DNA from: Blastocatellia bacterium
GTDB taxonomy: Bacteria; Acidobacteriota; Blastocatellia; UBA7656
Assembly (NCBI GenBank): GCA_963765495.1
Contig: CAVXWP010000007.1
Span: 352,001 to 416,000 of the forward strand
Direction of reading: 5' to 3'
Length of the DNA: 64,000 nt
The notes beneath the pieces are model-generated. The model made no database searches, was not told the DNA's origin, and saw only the letters and a list, made by a program, of their open reading frames with translations. This document shows positions 42,623-53,125 of this stretch, in pieces. The position numbers and the translations under genes were made by a program. The first letter of the stretch is position 1. Each line of letters starts with the position of its first letter.

Positions 42623-42823
42623 ATGCCGGAAGAATATTTCAAAGAACGTCTGCGCGCCCAGGAAGACGAGATTGAATCTTTGCGCGCAATTTTTGAGACG
42701 GCTCGCCAGCGCGGCAACAAGAAACTGATGGGCACATCGCGTAAGCGGCTGGAGATGGCCCTGCGTATGCGCGAAACTTATCAGCGAATGCTCAACCGCG
42801 AAGGCACCCAGGCCGAAGCCTGA
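42623..42823 (+). CDS. Small helical hypothetical protein
   Basis: AGGGA RBS, upstream TATAAT near 42478 and downstream hairpin; coiled-coil-like 66 aa. Confidence 0.6.
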   Translation: MPEEYFKERLRAQEDEIESLRAIFETARQRGNKKLMGTSRKRLEMALRMRETYQRMLNREGTQAEA

Positions 42824-42832
42824 TTCTAAACC

Positions 42833-42878
42833 CTGAGCGGTGCGCGACTACAGTAATCACAATCGCGCACTCGCTCAG
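42833..42878. terminator. Hairpin between convergent genes
   Basis: CTGAGCG-GTGCGCGA ... TCGCGCAC-T-CGCTCAG inverted repeat. Confidence 0.55.
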
Positions 42879-42886
42879 AACAAGGC

Positions 42887-45295
42887 TTAATTCTTGCCTC
42901 CTATCCGCACGCGCAAACCCGCGCTGAAATTCAAGCGGTAGGCCGGGAATCCGAGTATCTCCTGATAATCGTCGTTGAGCAGATTCTCTACACGCGCAAA
43001 CACGGCAACAGACCGCGTCAAATTGTAAGCGCCTGCCCCGTTTAGCTTCGCGTACCCGTCGTTGAAAATAGGCCGTCCCGAAAGATCGAATCTCGCGCCC
43101 GATATTGGATCAACATCCCTGCGATTGCCCACCAGTGAACCGTCAAATGTGATGTCAAACCGCTGATCGGTCCAACTGATTTCAAACGTCCCCGAGTGGC
43201 GCGGTCTGCGCGTAAGCGGGAGCCCCTGTTCAGGGCTGAGCGCGTCGGCCGCGCGTTCCAGCCGCGTCCTCAGATAGGTATAGCTTCCCTGCACGCGCAA
43301 TCGAAGCAGCGGACGCGCAGCCGCGATCAATTCGATTCCGCGAGCCGATGCCCTCTCGATGTTGATGAAGTTTGTTAGCCTGCCGTCGGCAAGTCTTACC
43401 GGGCCAAACGTAACAGGGTCAAAGACGAAGTCAATCACATCGCGAAAGCGATTGTCGAAATAGGTCAATTCCACGCTCGCCCGCCGCCCGAAAAATTCCT
43501 GTGAAGCGCCCAGGTCAAAGCTTGTGGTGCGCTCTGGATCGAGGCCGGGGTTTCCAAGGAAGAAGATACTGGGGCTGAAGGCTTCATCAAGCCTGGGCTC
43601 TTTTATGCCGGTCCCGAAACTTGCCTTGAACCTGGTAGCGCCAAATACCTCATCTTCACCGGGCGCGCGCGCGAGCACCGAAACGGCTACATTAGGATTG
43701 GCCGTAACGCCGAACCCTACTTCACCGACAGGCGCGCTCGAATCAATCGAAGCGAGCGCCGCGCGAAAGTCTTCCGGCACGCTGCCCGTATTGCGCTCTA
43801 CGCGTATGCCCGCCGTTACAAACAGGCGACTGTGCCACGCGGCCTGATCCTGCACGTAAAAGCCGAGGTTGTTTCTGTCGGGCGTTACGCGGCTGAAATC
43901 ATCCGTAAAGACGGCCGATTCGTGTTCGAAATCTATTCCCCCGGTCAAAACGTTTGAGCCCCCGAGCGCCGCGATTGTCTGGTAATGAATCCCTGCGCGT
44001 TTCTCGTGATCGTGGAAGGTGAAAGCGAAATCAGGTCCAAAGAAACTAGATGAAGGCGGCGTGTTGGGAAGCGTCAAATCCTGCGCCACGGGGTCGAAGC
44101 TGAAGCCTTCGAACTCCGAGTAGATAAACCGCGCCGTATTATGCCACCGCGAGGTGGTCTTCAAATCCAAAGTGGCCGATGTAGCAATGTCGCGGTGCTT
44201 TTGTCTCTGGTCGGGGTCGGCAAACAGTATCGCGGTAGGCCCGGAGACGCCCAGCGTGTTGTTGTTCAAACGGGTTGTGACGCGAAGCTCTGCATCGGGC
44301 GAGAGCCGAAACCCGAGATTGACTGATGCCGAGCGGTTTGTGTAGTCGCTGTTTTGAAAACGCCCGTCGGTATGTTGAAACCCGAAACTTGCCGAATAAT
44401 CGAACCACCCGGCGAGCCCCGAAAGCCGCGCCGTCTCGCGGTGAAAGGCAAAGCTGCCGCCTTCGCCTGACATCTCGAGTTCGGGCACCCTGGTCGAGCC
44501 GCGAGCGGTAAAAAGTTGGATTACGCTTGTCATCGCGTCCGAGCCAAACAGTGCGCTTCGCGGCCCGCGCACTACTTCAAGGCTCTCGACATTTTCAGGA
44601 GTAAGCGAGGCAAAATCGAAGGCTCCTCCGGCGGAATTTACCGGCACTCCGTCAATCAGAACCTTGTTGTAATCCGATTCGCCGCCTCGCGCAAAGATCG
44701 AAGTGATGTCGCCTCGCCCCCCAGATTGCGCGACTATAAGGCCGGGAACCATCCTCAACGACTCCGATACGAGCGTTTGATTGGCGAGTCTCAAATCCTC
44801 GCCTCCGATAACCGTGACCGCGCCTCCAAGCTCATCCGTAAGCGCGGCAGTCCTCGTAGCCGAAACGACTATCTTATCCGAGATAGCTGCTACATCGAGC
44901 CGCACCTCCACGTTTTGAGTTTGCCCCGCGCCGACAGAGACGGTGATTTTTTCAGGCTGAGAAAACCCGGCAACTTCGGCCAGCAGACCGTAATCGCCTG
45001 CGGCTACATTTGAAAAGGCAAACCGGCCTTCATCGTTTGCGCGAGTCTGATATGCAATCTGTCCGGTTCGATCCCGCAAAACGACGCGAGCGTCCGCGAT
45101 CTTCGATCCCGAAGGATCAACGACGTTTCCCTCGACACGCCCGCTTTCAGATGCGATGGCCAGAGAGAAGCCGGGTGTAGCAAGCAGTAAAATAACGATC
45201 AGCGCCCCGGACGTGATCGATAGGCAGGAGCGTAAGAAAGGGTGCAGGCATCTGGCAATAATATTCGATGAGATATTCGGTAAGATTTTCGACAT
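42887..45295 (-). CDS. btuB: TonB-dependent receptor, BtuB-like (cobalamin), with N-terminal carboxypeptidase-regulatory-like domain
   Basis: IVVSATR, RGGESDYNKVLIDGVP, LEVVRGPRSALFGSDA, NPGLDPE, ENLLNDDY; directly downstream of a B12 riboswitch. Confidence 0.85.
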   Translation of the reverse strand: MSKILPNISSNIIARCLHPFLRSCLSITSGALIVILLLATPGFSLAIASESGRVEGNVVDPSGSKIADARVVLRDRTGQIAYQTRANDEGRFAFSNVAAGDYGLLAEVAGFSQPEKITVSVGAGQTQNVEVRLDVAAISDKIVVSATRTAALTDELGGAVTVIGGEDLRLANQTLVSESLRMVPGLIVAQSGGRGDITSIFARGGESDYNKVLIDGVPVNSAGGAFDFASLTPENVESLEVVRGPRSALFGSDAMTSVIQLFTARGSTRVPELEMSGEGGSFAFHRETARLSGLAGWFDYSASFGFQHTDGRFQNSDYTNRSASVNLGFRLSPDAELRVTTRLNNNTLGVSGPTAILFADPDQRQKHRDIATSATLDLKTTSRWHNTARFIYSEFEGFSFDPVAQDLTLPNTPPSSSFFGPDFAFTFHDHEKRAGIHYQTIAALGGSNVLTGGIDFEHESAVFTDDFSRVTPDRNNLGFYVQDQAAWHSRLFVTAGIRVERNTGSVPEDFRAALASIDSSAPVGEVGFGVTANPNVAVSVLARAPGEDEVFGATRFKASFGTGIKEPRLDEAFSPSIFFLGNPGLDPERTTSFDLGASQEFFGRRASVELTYFDNRFRDVIDFVFDPVTFGPVRLADGRLTNFINIERASARGIELIAAARPLLRLRVQGSYTYLRTRLERAADALSPEQGLPLTRRPRHSGTFEISWTDQRFDITFDGSLVGNRRDVDPISGARFDLSGRPIFNDGYAKLNGAGAYNLTRSVAVFARVENLLNDDYQEILGFPAYRLNFSAGLRVRIGGKN

Positions 45296-45341
45296 GGAAA
45301 TTCTCCTTTTCCGCGAAAGAGGTTTTTCCTCGGATTGCTCT

Positions 45342-45535
45342 GCGGGTCTCCTGACTTAGCGCCTCGTCCCTTGAAATCTCAAATCTCAAATCTGAAATCT
45401 CAAAGAGGCTCCTACGCCGACGCCTTCCCACCACGAACGGGCAGTGGCATTGATGTCGGTTTCGTTGCGCATCACAGTTGCGCGACAGTGGCGGACTCTC
45501 ACCGCCTTCTCCGCTTCGGGCAACCCAGATTGGCA
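45342..45535 (-). ncRNA. Cobalamin riboswitch upstream of the TonB receptor
   Basis: Minus strand GGCGGTGAGAGTCCGCC-ACTGTCGCGCAACTGT ... GCCACTG ... GGGAAGGC ... AAGTCAGGAGACC. Confidence 0.88.
45371..45404. repeat. Heptamer tandem (AATCTSA x4) inside the riboswitch
   Basis: ttgaaatctcaaatctcaaatctgaaatctcaaa; same unit as 2737-2782. Confidence 0.85.
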
Positions 45536-45562
45536 AATAGCAAAGACCTCAATTACCGGCGA

Positions 45563-46405
45563 TCATCTTTCGCGTAGGAGTTGACTGCCGATTGTCGAGG
45601 GCTGGTCATTCACTTTCAGGTCGTTCACTTTTAGATCGTTCACTTTCAGGGTGATGCGAGGGGCACCGCTTGCCGGATTCACATCAACCAACAAATCCGT
45701 ATCAAAGAGCGTGCGCAGACGCGTTTCGCTCAAGACTTCTCGCGGCTCTCCGCATGCGAGCATCTCGCCCGCTTTCAACATCAGTATGCGAGTCGCAAAC
45801 TCGGCCGCCAGATTCAATTCGTGCGTCACGACGAGGGCCGACATCTCGCCCGCTGCGGTCAGGTCTTTCACAAGCTTGAGCATCTTCACCTGATGCGATA
45901 TGTCGAGGTTGGCTACCGGCTCGTCAAGCACAAGCAGGCGCGGGCGCGAGGCAATGGCTCGGGCAAGCATCACACGCTGTCGCTCTCCGCCCGATAGCTC
46001 GCTCACAAGACGAGTGGCAAACCCGTCGGTTTCGGTCAACTCCATAGCCCTTATCGCCTCGCGCACATCGGCCTCGCTTTCAAAGCCGATCAACCGCCCC
46101 TGCGCGAACCGGCCCTGCAATACAAACTCAAGCGCCGTGAGCGGAAACCTCACCGTAGACTCCTGCGCGACATAGCCGATGAGTCGCGCCACTTCGCGTC
46201 GAGCGAGAGCCTTCAGATTTCGCCCGTTGATTGAGACGCTGCCCGCGTCGGGCGATAAAATCCTTAGAATTATCTTGAGCAGCGTGCTCTTGCCCGAACC
46301 GTTCGGACCAAGCACCGCGAGCAATTCGCCCTCGCCCATTTCAAATGAAACACTATCGAGCACCCTCTGCCCGTAGCTAAAACTTATCTCTCTTACTTCG
46401 ATCAT
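45563..46405 (-). CDS. btuD: ABC transporter ATPase, BtuD/FecE-like
   Basis: GPNGSGKST, LSGGERQR, LVLDEP, VTH; C-terminal LKVND x3 from a 15-bp tandem repeat (45604-45648). Confidence 0.85.
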   Translation of the reverse strand: MIEVREISFSYGQRVLDSVSFEMGEGELLAVLGPNGSGKSTLLKIILRILSPDAGSVSINGRNLKALARREVARLIGYVAQESTVRFPLTALEFVLQGRFAQGRLIGFESEADVREAIRAMELTETDGFATRLVSELSGGERQRVMLARAIASRPRLLVLDEPVANLDISHQVKMLKLVKDLTAAGEMSALVVTHELNLAAEFATRILMLKAGEMLACGEPREVLSETRLRTLFDTDLLVDVNPASGAPRITLKVNDLKVNDLKVNDQPSTIGSQLLRER

Positions 46406-46467
46406 AATCAGGTTACAGGTGACGGGTAACACGTTTGCGCGAAGTCTCGCCGCGTCACCGCGTCGTT

Positions 46468-47520
46468 TCAACTGGTTCGTCTGAGCAAATAGACAAACAC
46501 AGGCGCGCCGATCAGCGCGGTTATAACGCCTATGTGAAGCTCGCGCGGCGCAATCACGGTGCGGGCCACCGTGTCGGCGAGCAGTAAAAATATCGCGCCC
46601 ACAAGTGCTGATGCCGGGACTACGAGCCGGTTGTCGCTCCCGCCCGCAAGCCTTATCGCATGCGGAATTATCAATCCCACAAAGCCGATCACCCCGCTCA
46701 CGGCGACGGCTGCGCCTGTGATGAGCGAGGCTGCCGCGTAAACGGCGATCTGCACTCGCCCTACTTCAACGCCCAGCGCGAGAGCCTCCTGCTCACCGGC
46801 CATCAGGAGGTTGAGACTGCGCGCATTCATATAAATGATCGCGATGCCTATGGCGACAAATATCGAGATGAGCGGCAACAGCCTCGCCTCTCCGCTCAAA
46901 TCGCCGATCAACCACGAAAAGACGCTTCGCAGTCTCGAATCCGAGGCCGCCGTAAGTAAGAAGATTACTACCGAAGAGAGAAAGGCGTTGATGATGATGC
47001 CTGCCAGTATCAGCCGTTCCGATGAACTGCCCTGCCGACTCTGCCCCAATAAGTAGACGGCCGCGATGGTTGCGACCGCGCCTATGAAAGCCGCAAGCGG
47101 TCGTCCCACGGGTATCTGTTCGGCAAAAACCGTGGCGGCAATCGCGCCCAGAGCCGCGCCCGTCGAGACTCCGAGAATATAAGGATCGGCCAGAGGGTTT
47201 CTGAGTAATGCCTGATATGCCGCGCCCGCAACGGCAAGGGCCGCGCCCACGACCATTGCCATCAGGACGCGAGGGAAGCGAATATTTGCGATGATCGTCT
47301 GCTGTTCGGGCTTCACATCGGCGGCGTGCCCGGTGATTTCCGATGCCAGTATCTTCAATATCGAGGATAAACTGACGTGCTCGCTGCCTACGGCCAGGGC
47401 GAGAGTCGAAAGAAGCACAAGCAACACGAGCAACACGATGAGCGTGACGACGAGCCTTCGGGGAGTGAGGCGCTCACGCAACCGAACCTGTGTCTTTTCT
47501 ATTGCTGTTACACTCATCAT
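46468..47520 (-). CDS. btuC: ABC transporter permease, BtuC/FecCD family
   Basis: IRFPRVL, QALLRNPLADPYILGVSTGA, SGVIGFVGLIIPH, GAPVFVYLL. Confidence 0.88.
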   Translation of the reverse strand: MMSVTAIEKTQVRLRERLTPRRLVVTLIVLLVLLVLLSTLALAVGSEHVSLSSILKILASEITGHAADVKPEQQTIIANIRFPRVLMAMVVGAALAVAGAAYQALLRNPLADPYILGVSTGAALGAIAATVFAEQIPVGRPLAAFIGAVATIAAVYLLGQSRQGSSSERLILAGIIINAFLSSVVIFLLTAASDSRLRSVFSWLIGDLSGEARLLPLISIFVAIGIAIIYMNARSLNLLMAGEQEALALGVEVGRVQIAVYAAASLITGAAVAVSGVIGFVGLIIPHAIRLAGGSDNRLVVPASALVGAIFLLLADTVARTVIAPRELHIGVITALIGAPVFVYLLRRTS

Positions 47521-47548
47521 TGTATTGCTTTGTCCTTTGTACAACAGA

Positions 47549-48451
47549 CTAAGGGCAAATCCTTTTAGCCATCTCATCAAGCCCTTCGATTATTCTTGGC
47601 CCGGGGCGGAGCAGCAAATTATCGTCAAGATGAAAGACTCTGCCCGATTGCGCTGCGGGCGTTTGTTTGAGCCGGTCGGGCAATTCGCCTTCTCCCGCCT
47701 GTAGGAAGATCACTTCGGGCTGGCGGGCAACGGCGGTTTCAAGACTGTATTGCGGATATTCGCTAGTTTCATCTTCGGAGATTGATTGCCCGCCTGCCCT
47801 GCTGACCAGATCGTTTATGAATGTGTGGCCGCCCACGGTTATGAGCGGTTGGGTCCCAAGTATAAATAAGACTCTGGGCGGTTTGCAGGTTGCCACCCGA
47901 TTGTGAATCTCTTCGAGGCGCGCGCGCATCTTTCCCACCAGTTCATTTGCGCTCTCGCTTGCGCCTGTAAGCTCGCCGATGCCAGCAATTGTTGAGAGAA
48001 CACCTTCGACATCTCGCGGATTGCTGACATATATAGGGATCGCCATCTCGTCCAGTTTTCGCACGAATTGCTCAAGCTGGCTCGCCGTAGAGGCGATGAC
48101 CAGATCGGGTTTGAGCGCGACGATCTTTTCCAGACCCGGGCGCATCGTGTCACCGACTATCTCTTTTTGTCTGGCTTCGGGCGGGTAGTCACAGAAGGAG
48201 GTCACTCCGACAACGCGGTCGCCGAGGCCGAGCGCAAAAAGCGTTTCTGTGATCGAAGGCGCAAGCGATACGATGCGTTGCGGATACGGCGTGACCTTGA
48301 CTTTTCGGCCAAGCTCATCGGTAAAGACGCGAGCGTCTGCGGGGGAAGCCTTCTGAGGCGCGCAGGAAGAGATAAGACTCAGTGATATTGCGATCAACAA
48401 GCGAGACAAAACGGGACCGCCCAACCTTGATGCGAGCCGGAATTTCGGCAA
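47549..48451 (-). CDS. btuF: Cobalamin-binding lipoprotein, BtuF-like (start uncertain, 48451 or 48409)
   Basis: Lipobox LISSC; RIVSLAPSITETLFALG, VGVTSFCDYP, LLRPGPRIIEG. The ORF-track start 48697 lies inside the riboswitch. Confidence 0.85.
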   Translation of the reverse strand: MPKFRLASRLGGPVLSRLLIAISLSLISSCAPQKASPADARVFTDELGRKVKVTPYPQRIVSLAPSITETLFALGLGDRVVGVTSFCDYPPEARQKEIVGDTMRPGLEKIVALKPDLVIASTASQLEQFVRKLDEMAIPIYVSNPRDVEGVLSTIAGIGELTGASESANELVGKMRARLEEIHNRVATCKPPRVLFILGTQPLITVGGHTFINDLVSRAGGQSISEDETSEYPQYSLETAVARQPEVIFLQAGEGELPDRLKQTPAAQSGRVFHLDDNLLLRPGPRIIEGLDEMAKRICP

Positions 48452-48616
48452 CGCTTGCGGCGAGTGTTTACCACTGGAGATGGAGGGTTGAGTATCGCGC
48501 AAATGAAAAAGCTCCTGCCGACCCTCTCCGCGCGGCGGGTCGAGCAGGAGCTTTGCTGTATACTCCCACGCGCCTTGCCCTCTCACGCGGAAGGCAGTCG
48601 GCTGTTGACGCGCTCT

Positions 48617-48832
48617 GGGCAGGTCTCCTGGCTTAGCTTCCGGCTGCGCTGCAAAAGCTTGCTGCAAAAACTTGCTACAACAACCTTGCGCACCCAATCG
48701 CCGGCGGCCTTCCCGATCTCGGACCAGTGACCCGTTTGCCGACGAACTATGGAAGCATCACAGTGGCGGGACCGCGCGGGAATCTCACCCGCTTCCCTAT
48801 TCTCCCCGAACTTGAAGCCCGGGGCACCCACA
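48617..48832 (-). ncRNA. Cobalamin riboswitch upstream of btuFCD
   Basis: Minus strand GGTGCCCC...AATAGGGAAGCGGGTGAGATTCCCGC-GCGGTCCCGCCACTGT ... GTCACTG ... GGGAAGGC ... AAGCCAGGAGACCTGCC. Confidence 0.92.
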
Positions 48833-48940
48833 GCTTGAATGCTTTTATACTAGCATCCCGAAACTCGAACCTAGCACGCCCGCCGGAGTTGAGTCAAATC
48901 GAAACCATAAGCTGTATTTGTTCAACAAGAGAGCGGAGGG

Positions 48941-49006
48941 GCCACAGAGACACAGAGCCACAGAGAAAAAAACAGAAAGAATTTTGTGTCTTTGTGCCTC
49001 TGTGGC
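48941..49006. repeat. 8-mer inverted-arm element (CACAGAGN / CTYTGTGN)
   Basis: gccacagagacacagagccacagaga ... ttttgtgtctttgtgcctctgtggc. Confidence 0.85.
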
Positions 49007-49146
49007 AATTCGCCTGCTTATCCACGAGCCCGGCCAAATTGACAACCGTTCGCCGAGGTTTTATCCTAGGCTCTTGATCGTTTCACACGGAACGCCGCAG
49101 AGACGCTTATTCTCTGCGGCTATATTTATTGGACATCAGTAAGAGT

Positions 49147-50355
49147 ATGATCAAACGTATAAACCTGATACTTGCCGTGCTCTGTATGGGCCATTTCGTC
49201 AACGACGCTTATTCGAGTGTCATCTATCCGCTCCTGCCTTTGCTCAAGACGAAACTCAACCTGACGACCTCGGAAGTATTCTGGCTCGCGCCGCTTTATG
49301 CCATCTCGTCCTCGCTCATGCAGCCGCTATACGGATTGCTGTCCGACCGATACGCGAGGCGTTTGTTTGCGGTCTTTGGTCCTGCGATTACTGCCACTTT
49401 CGTATCCCTGATCGGGCTGGCCCCGTCATACGGATTGCTCGTCGTATTGCTTGTAGCAAGCGGCATCGGCGTAGGCTCATTCCATCCGCAGGCGGCTGCC
49501 ATGGCTTCGGTCGCATCGGGCGAGCGGCGGCGCATTGGGCTGGCGATATTTTCAGCGACAGGCACAGTGGGCTTTGCATTCGGTCCGTTTGTTATCACAA
49601 GGGTCGTAGCCGCTTACGGGCTGGATAAGACCTATTACGTGATCGCGGTCGGATTATTGATGTCAATGGTGCTTTACCGCCTTTGCCCGCCGCTTGCGGC
49701 TCCGCGAAAACCCGAACCCGGCGCGGCCCGCATAAAATGGCAGGTGCTCACGGCGCTCAAAGCCGCCTGGAAACCGCTCTTGCTGCTTTACCTGATAACT
49801 GTCTTGAGGTCCGGGCTTCAAATGACCACGAACAACTATCTGCCCTTCCTGCTCAAAGAACGCGGATACGCGCTGACAGGCACGGGCAATGTCCTGACGA
49901 TCTTTCTGTTGTTGGGCGGGCTTGGCGGGCTTGTGGGAGGAATCCTTGCCGAGCGCATATCGGGTCGGGCTGTCACGCTGTATTCGGGTATGTTTGCCGG
50001 ACCGTTGATGATAGCCGCTTTCCTGACTACCGGACCCTTGAGCGTGATACTTCTGGGGCTCGGCGGATTTGTATTATTATCGACGCTTCCGGTCAACGTA
50101 GCGATGGCTCAAGAACTTGTGCCTGATCAGACAAGCACCGTGTCGGCCCTGATGATGGGAGCCGCCTGGGGCGTAGGGGCGCTCGCGCCTCCCGCGCTCG
50201 ATAATCTGGTTCCCGCGTATGGATTCAACAAGGTATTGATCTTTGCTTCCGCTGCCACGATGCTGAGCGCGGTATTCGCATACCTTCTGCCGCGCGAAGA
50301 GACTGGCCGCCGTCGCGTGATCGAAACCGAGCTTGCGAGTGTCGCGGGAGATTAG
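49147..50355 (+). CDS. MFS transporter (Fsr-like)
   Basis: GHFVNDAY, QPLYGLLSDR, SFHPQA, AQELVP; about 12 TM helices. Confidence 0.88.
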   Translation: MIKRINLILAVLCMGHFVNDAYSSVIYPLLPLLKTKLNLTTSEVFWLAPLYAISSSLMQPLYGLLSDRYARRLFAVFGPAITATFVSLIGLAPSYGLLVVLLVASGIGVGSFHPQAAAMASVASGERRRIGLAIFSATGTVGFAFGPFVITRVVAAYGLDKTYYVIAVGLLMSMVLYRLCPPLAAPRKPEPGAARIKWQVLTALKAAWKPLLLLYLITVLRSGLQMTTNNYLPFLLKERGYALTGTGNVLTIFLLLGGLGGLVGGILAERISGRAVTLYSGMFAGPLMIAAFLTTGPLSVILLGLGGFVLLSTLPVNVAMAQELVPDQTSTVSALMMGAAWGVGALAPPALDNLVPAYGFNKVLIFASAATMLSAVFAYLLPREETGRRRVIETELASVAGD

Positions 50356-50360
50356 AATAG

Positions 50361-51122
50361 ATGATAAACCTCTCGGGCAAGACGGCGATCATAACCGGCG
50401 CTTCGCGCGGAATAGGAGCGGCGACGGCGATAAAGTTTGCCGAAGCCGGGGCAAAGGCGCTCGTACTAAACTACAACCGGGACCGCGAAAGCGCGCGTCT
50501 TGTTGCCGCGAAATGCGAGCAACTTGGCGCTCGCGCCCTTCCTGTGCGTGCGGATGTTGCGCGCCCCGCCTCGGTTGAAAAGATGGTTAAAGGTGCGGTC
50601 GAGCGTTTCGGCGCGCTCGATATTCTGGTTGCAAACGCGGGCATATGGAAAAGGGCCGCCATCGAAGAGATGACCGAACGCGAATGGGACGAGACCATTT
50701 CGATCAATTTAAAATCGATCTACGCCTGCTGTCGGGCTTCGGCTCGCGCGATGATTCCGCGCCGCCGGGGAACGATAATCCTGGTTTCATCCACGGCGGG
50801 GCAGCGCGGCGAGCCGTTTCATTCGCATTACGCGGCTACGAAAGGCGCGATCATTTCGATGACCAAATCGCTTGCCCCGGAGCTTGGTCCTCGCGGCATA
50901 ACCGTAAATTGCGTAGCGCCCGGATGGGTGGCGACCGATATGACCGTTGATGCGCTCAACGATTCAAAACAGCGGCGCAAGATCAAAGAACTGATCCCCC
51001 TGGGCCGCGTGGCTACGCCGGAAGAGATAGCCGGGCCGATACTTTTTCTCGCATCCGATCTGGCAAGCCACATCACAGGCGAAGTGCTCAACGTCAACGG
51101 CGGCTCGGTCCTGTGCGGATAG
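50361..51122 (+). CDS. SDR family oxidoreductase (FabG-like)
   Basis: TGASRGIG, NAG, YAATK, NCVAPG, LNVNGG. Confidence 0.9.
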   Translation: MINLSGKTAIITGASRGIGAATAIKFAEAGAKALVLNYNRDRESARLVAAKCEQLGARALPVRADVARPASVEKMVKGAVERFGALDILVANAGIWKRAAIEEMTEREWDETISINLKSIYACCRASARAMIPRRRGTIILVSSTAGQRGEPFHSHYAATKGAIISMTKSLAPELGPRGITVNCVAPGWVATDMTVDALNDSKQRRKIKELIPLGRVATPEEIAGPILFLASDLASHITGEVLNVNGGSVLCG

Positions 51123-51156
51123 ATGAATCGACTGATTCGTGATTCGATCAACTACT

Positions 51157-52329
51157 ATGATTAAGCCCGGGCTTGAAGCACTTTTTGAATCCCGCCTGAA
51201 CCTGCTCGAAGGTTTGCGTGTCGGTCTGATAGCAAACCCGGCTTCAATCAACAGGGGGTTCGAGCACGCGGCCGATCTGTTTCACAAAGATGAGCGAATC
51301 AACCTCACCGCACTCTTTGGCCCGCAGCACGGCATTCGCGGCGAAACTCAAGACAACATGATCGAGTGGCAGACGTTTCGAGATGAACGAACGGGCCTGC
51401 GTGCTTATTCGCTCTACGGCAAAACGCGCAAACCTTTACCCGAAATGCTCGATGATTTGGACGCGCTCGTCTTCGATGTTCAGGACGTGGGCACACGGGT
51501 CTATACATTCATCTATACGATGGCGCTCGCGATGGAAGCGGCCCGCGAGTGCGGCAAGAAATTCGTGGTCCTCGACCGGCCCAACCCCGTAGGCGGCCTG
51601 CTGATCGAAGGCAATCTGCACGAGTCTGAATTCAGTTCATTTGTAGGCATGTACCCGATACCGATGCGTCACGCGATGACAGCCGGTGAACTTGCATTGA
51701 TGTTTAACCACGAATTCGGCGCAGATTGCGGGCTTGAAGTCGTGAAAATGCAAGGTTGGCGGCGCTCAATGTGGTTTGATGAGACCGGCCTGCCGTGGGT
51801 AATGCCTTCGCCGAATATGCCTACCATTGACACGGCGTCAGTCTACCCGGGAAGCGTGATGTTTGAGGGGACAAACCTGTCGGAAGGACGCGGCACTACC
51901 CGCCCATTTGAAATCATAGGTGCGCCCTTCATCAAGCCGCGCGCCTTGATTGAAGAGTTGAAGAATTTTCGCTTGCCCGGCGTAGTGTTTCGCCCGCTTC
52001 ATTTTCAGCCGACCTTTCATAAATTCGCGGGTTTGTTGTGCGGCGGCATCCAGATTCACGTCACCGACCGTCGGCTGTTCAAACCCGTCATCACAGCCGT
52101 AGCGATTATCAATTCTGTCAGGCGGCTCTACGCTGATGATTTTGCGTGGAAAGAGCCTCCCTATGAATACGTTTATGACAAACTGCCCTTTGATGTAATA
52201 GCGGGGAGCGCCCGCCTGCGTGAGCAGATAGAGGCGGGGCTCACTCCATCTGACATCGAAGCCGGATGGGGTGAGGACCTCGAAATATTCCGCGAACAGC
52301 GCAAACGGTATCTGCTATACGAGGATTGA
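51157..52329 (+). CDS. namZ: Exo-beta-N-acetylmuramidase NamZ (DUF1343) family
   Basis: [47 protein letters not shown]. Confidence 0.88.
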   Translation: MIKPGLEALFESRLNLLEGLRVGLIANPASINRGFEHAADLFHKDERINLTALFGPQHGIRGETQDNMIEWQTFRDERTGLRAYSLYGKTRKPLPEMLDDLDALVFDVQDVGTRVYTFIYTMALAMEAARECGKKFVVLDRPNPVGGLLIEGNLHESEFSSFVGMYPIPMRHAMTAGELALMFNHEFGADCGLEVVKMQGWRRSMWFDETGLPWVMPSPNMPTIDTASVYPGSVMFEGTNLSEGRGTTRPFEIIGAPFIKPRALIEELKNFRLPGVVFRPLHFQPTFHKFAGLLCGGIQIHVTDRRLFKPVITAVAIINSVRRLYADDFAWKEPPYEYVYDKLPFDVIAGSARLREQIEAGLTPSDIEAGWGEDLEIFREQRKRYLLYED

Positions 52330-52407
52330 GAGCGGCGGCGCGTTTGTTGGTATTCTCCTCCACACACTATAATTGAATGACAGCGGGTAAGAGAGAGGCG
52401 GTGAAGG

Positions 52408-52989
52408 ATGGAAACATTGGATGAGCTTTTAGAGCGCGCCGAGCAATCTCACGGGCACATGTGCGCAGGTCAGGTGCTCGGGGTGAGAATGGCTATGCTT
52501 GGGTGCCGCGCCGTAGGCATCCACGATCCGCGCGGCGCAGACCGGAAGAAACTTCTTGTCTTTGTCGAGATAGACCGTTGCGCTGCCGATGCCATACATA
52601 CGGTCACCGGCTGTCGGCTCGGCAAGCGCACGCTAAAATATTTTGATTACGGCAAACTGGCCGCCACATTCCTGAACACGAAGACCAACGAAGCCATTCG
52701 CGTAGCGGCATTTGATACCTCCCGCGAAGCGGCTGACCTCGCTTTCCCAGAAATCGAAAACCGATACGAACGGCAACTGCAAGCCTACAAGATATTTCCC
52801 GATGAAGAGTTATTCAAAGTGGAACGCGTAAGCGTAACTTTGGAGGAACAGGATCAGCCGGGGAGGCCCATTTCGCGGGTATTTTGCGACGACTGCGGCG
52901 AAGGCATAAACGACCGCCGCGAGGTCACGCGCGATGGTCGAACTTTGTGCCGGGCCTGCGCGGGCGAAGCTTACTTCAAACGAATTTAA
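52408..52989 (+). CDS. FmdE family protein with C-terminal C4 zinc finger
   Basis: [30 protein letters not shown]; CDDCGE...CRAC. Confidence 0.85.
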   Translation: METLDELLERAEQSHGHMCAGQVLGVRMAMLGCRAVGIHDPRGADRKKLLVFVEIDRCAADAIHTVTGCRLGKRTLKYFDYGKLAATFLNTKTNEAIRVAAFDTSREAADLAFPEIENRYERQLQAYKIFPDEELFKVERVSVTLEEQDQPGRPISRVFCDDCGEGINDRREVTRDGRTLCRACAGEAYFKRI

Positions 52990-53058
52990 TCAGCGCAGGA
53001 TTACAAATTGAATAAATCACAAGTTGAATAAATCAGACGACCTGCCTTTCATGATCAG

Positions 53059-53104
53059 ATCCGCGAAAATCCGCCGCATCCGCGTCATCCGCGGCCTATT
53101 TCAA
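53059..53104 (+). repeat. 46-bp dispersed repeat copy 3
   Basis: atccgcgaaaatccgccgcatccgcgtcatccgcggcctatttcaa, between convergent genes. Confidence 0.9.
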
Positions 53105-53125
53105 TTTCGCTATTTTATATACTGG

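Noticed and set aside
45147-45577. Small ORFs overlapping the riboswitch and 48583-49142
   Set aside because: They are translations of riboswitch and repeat sequence (FEISDLRFEIS, HRDTEPQR) with no RBS or family support.
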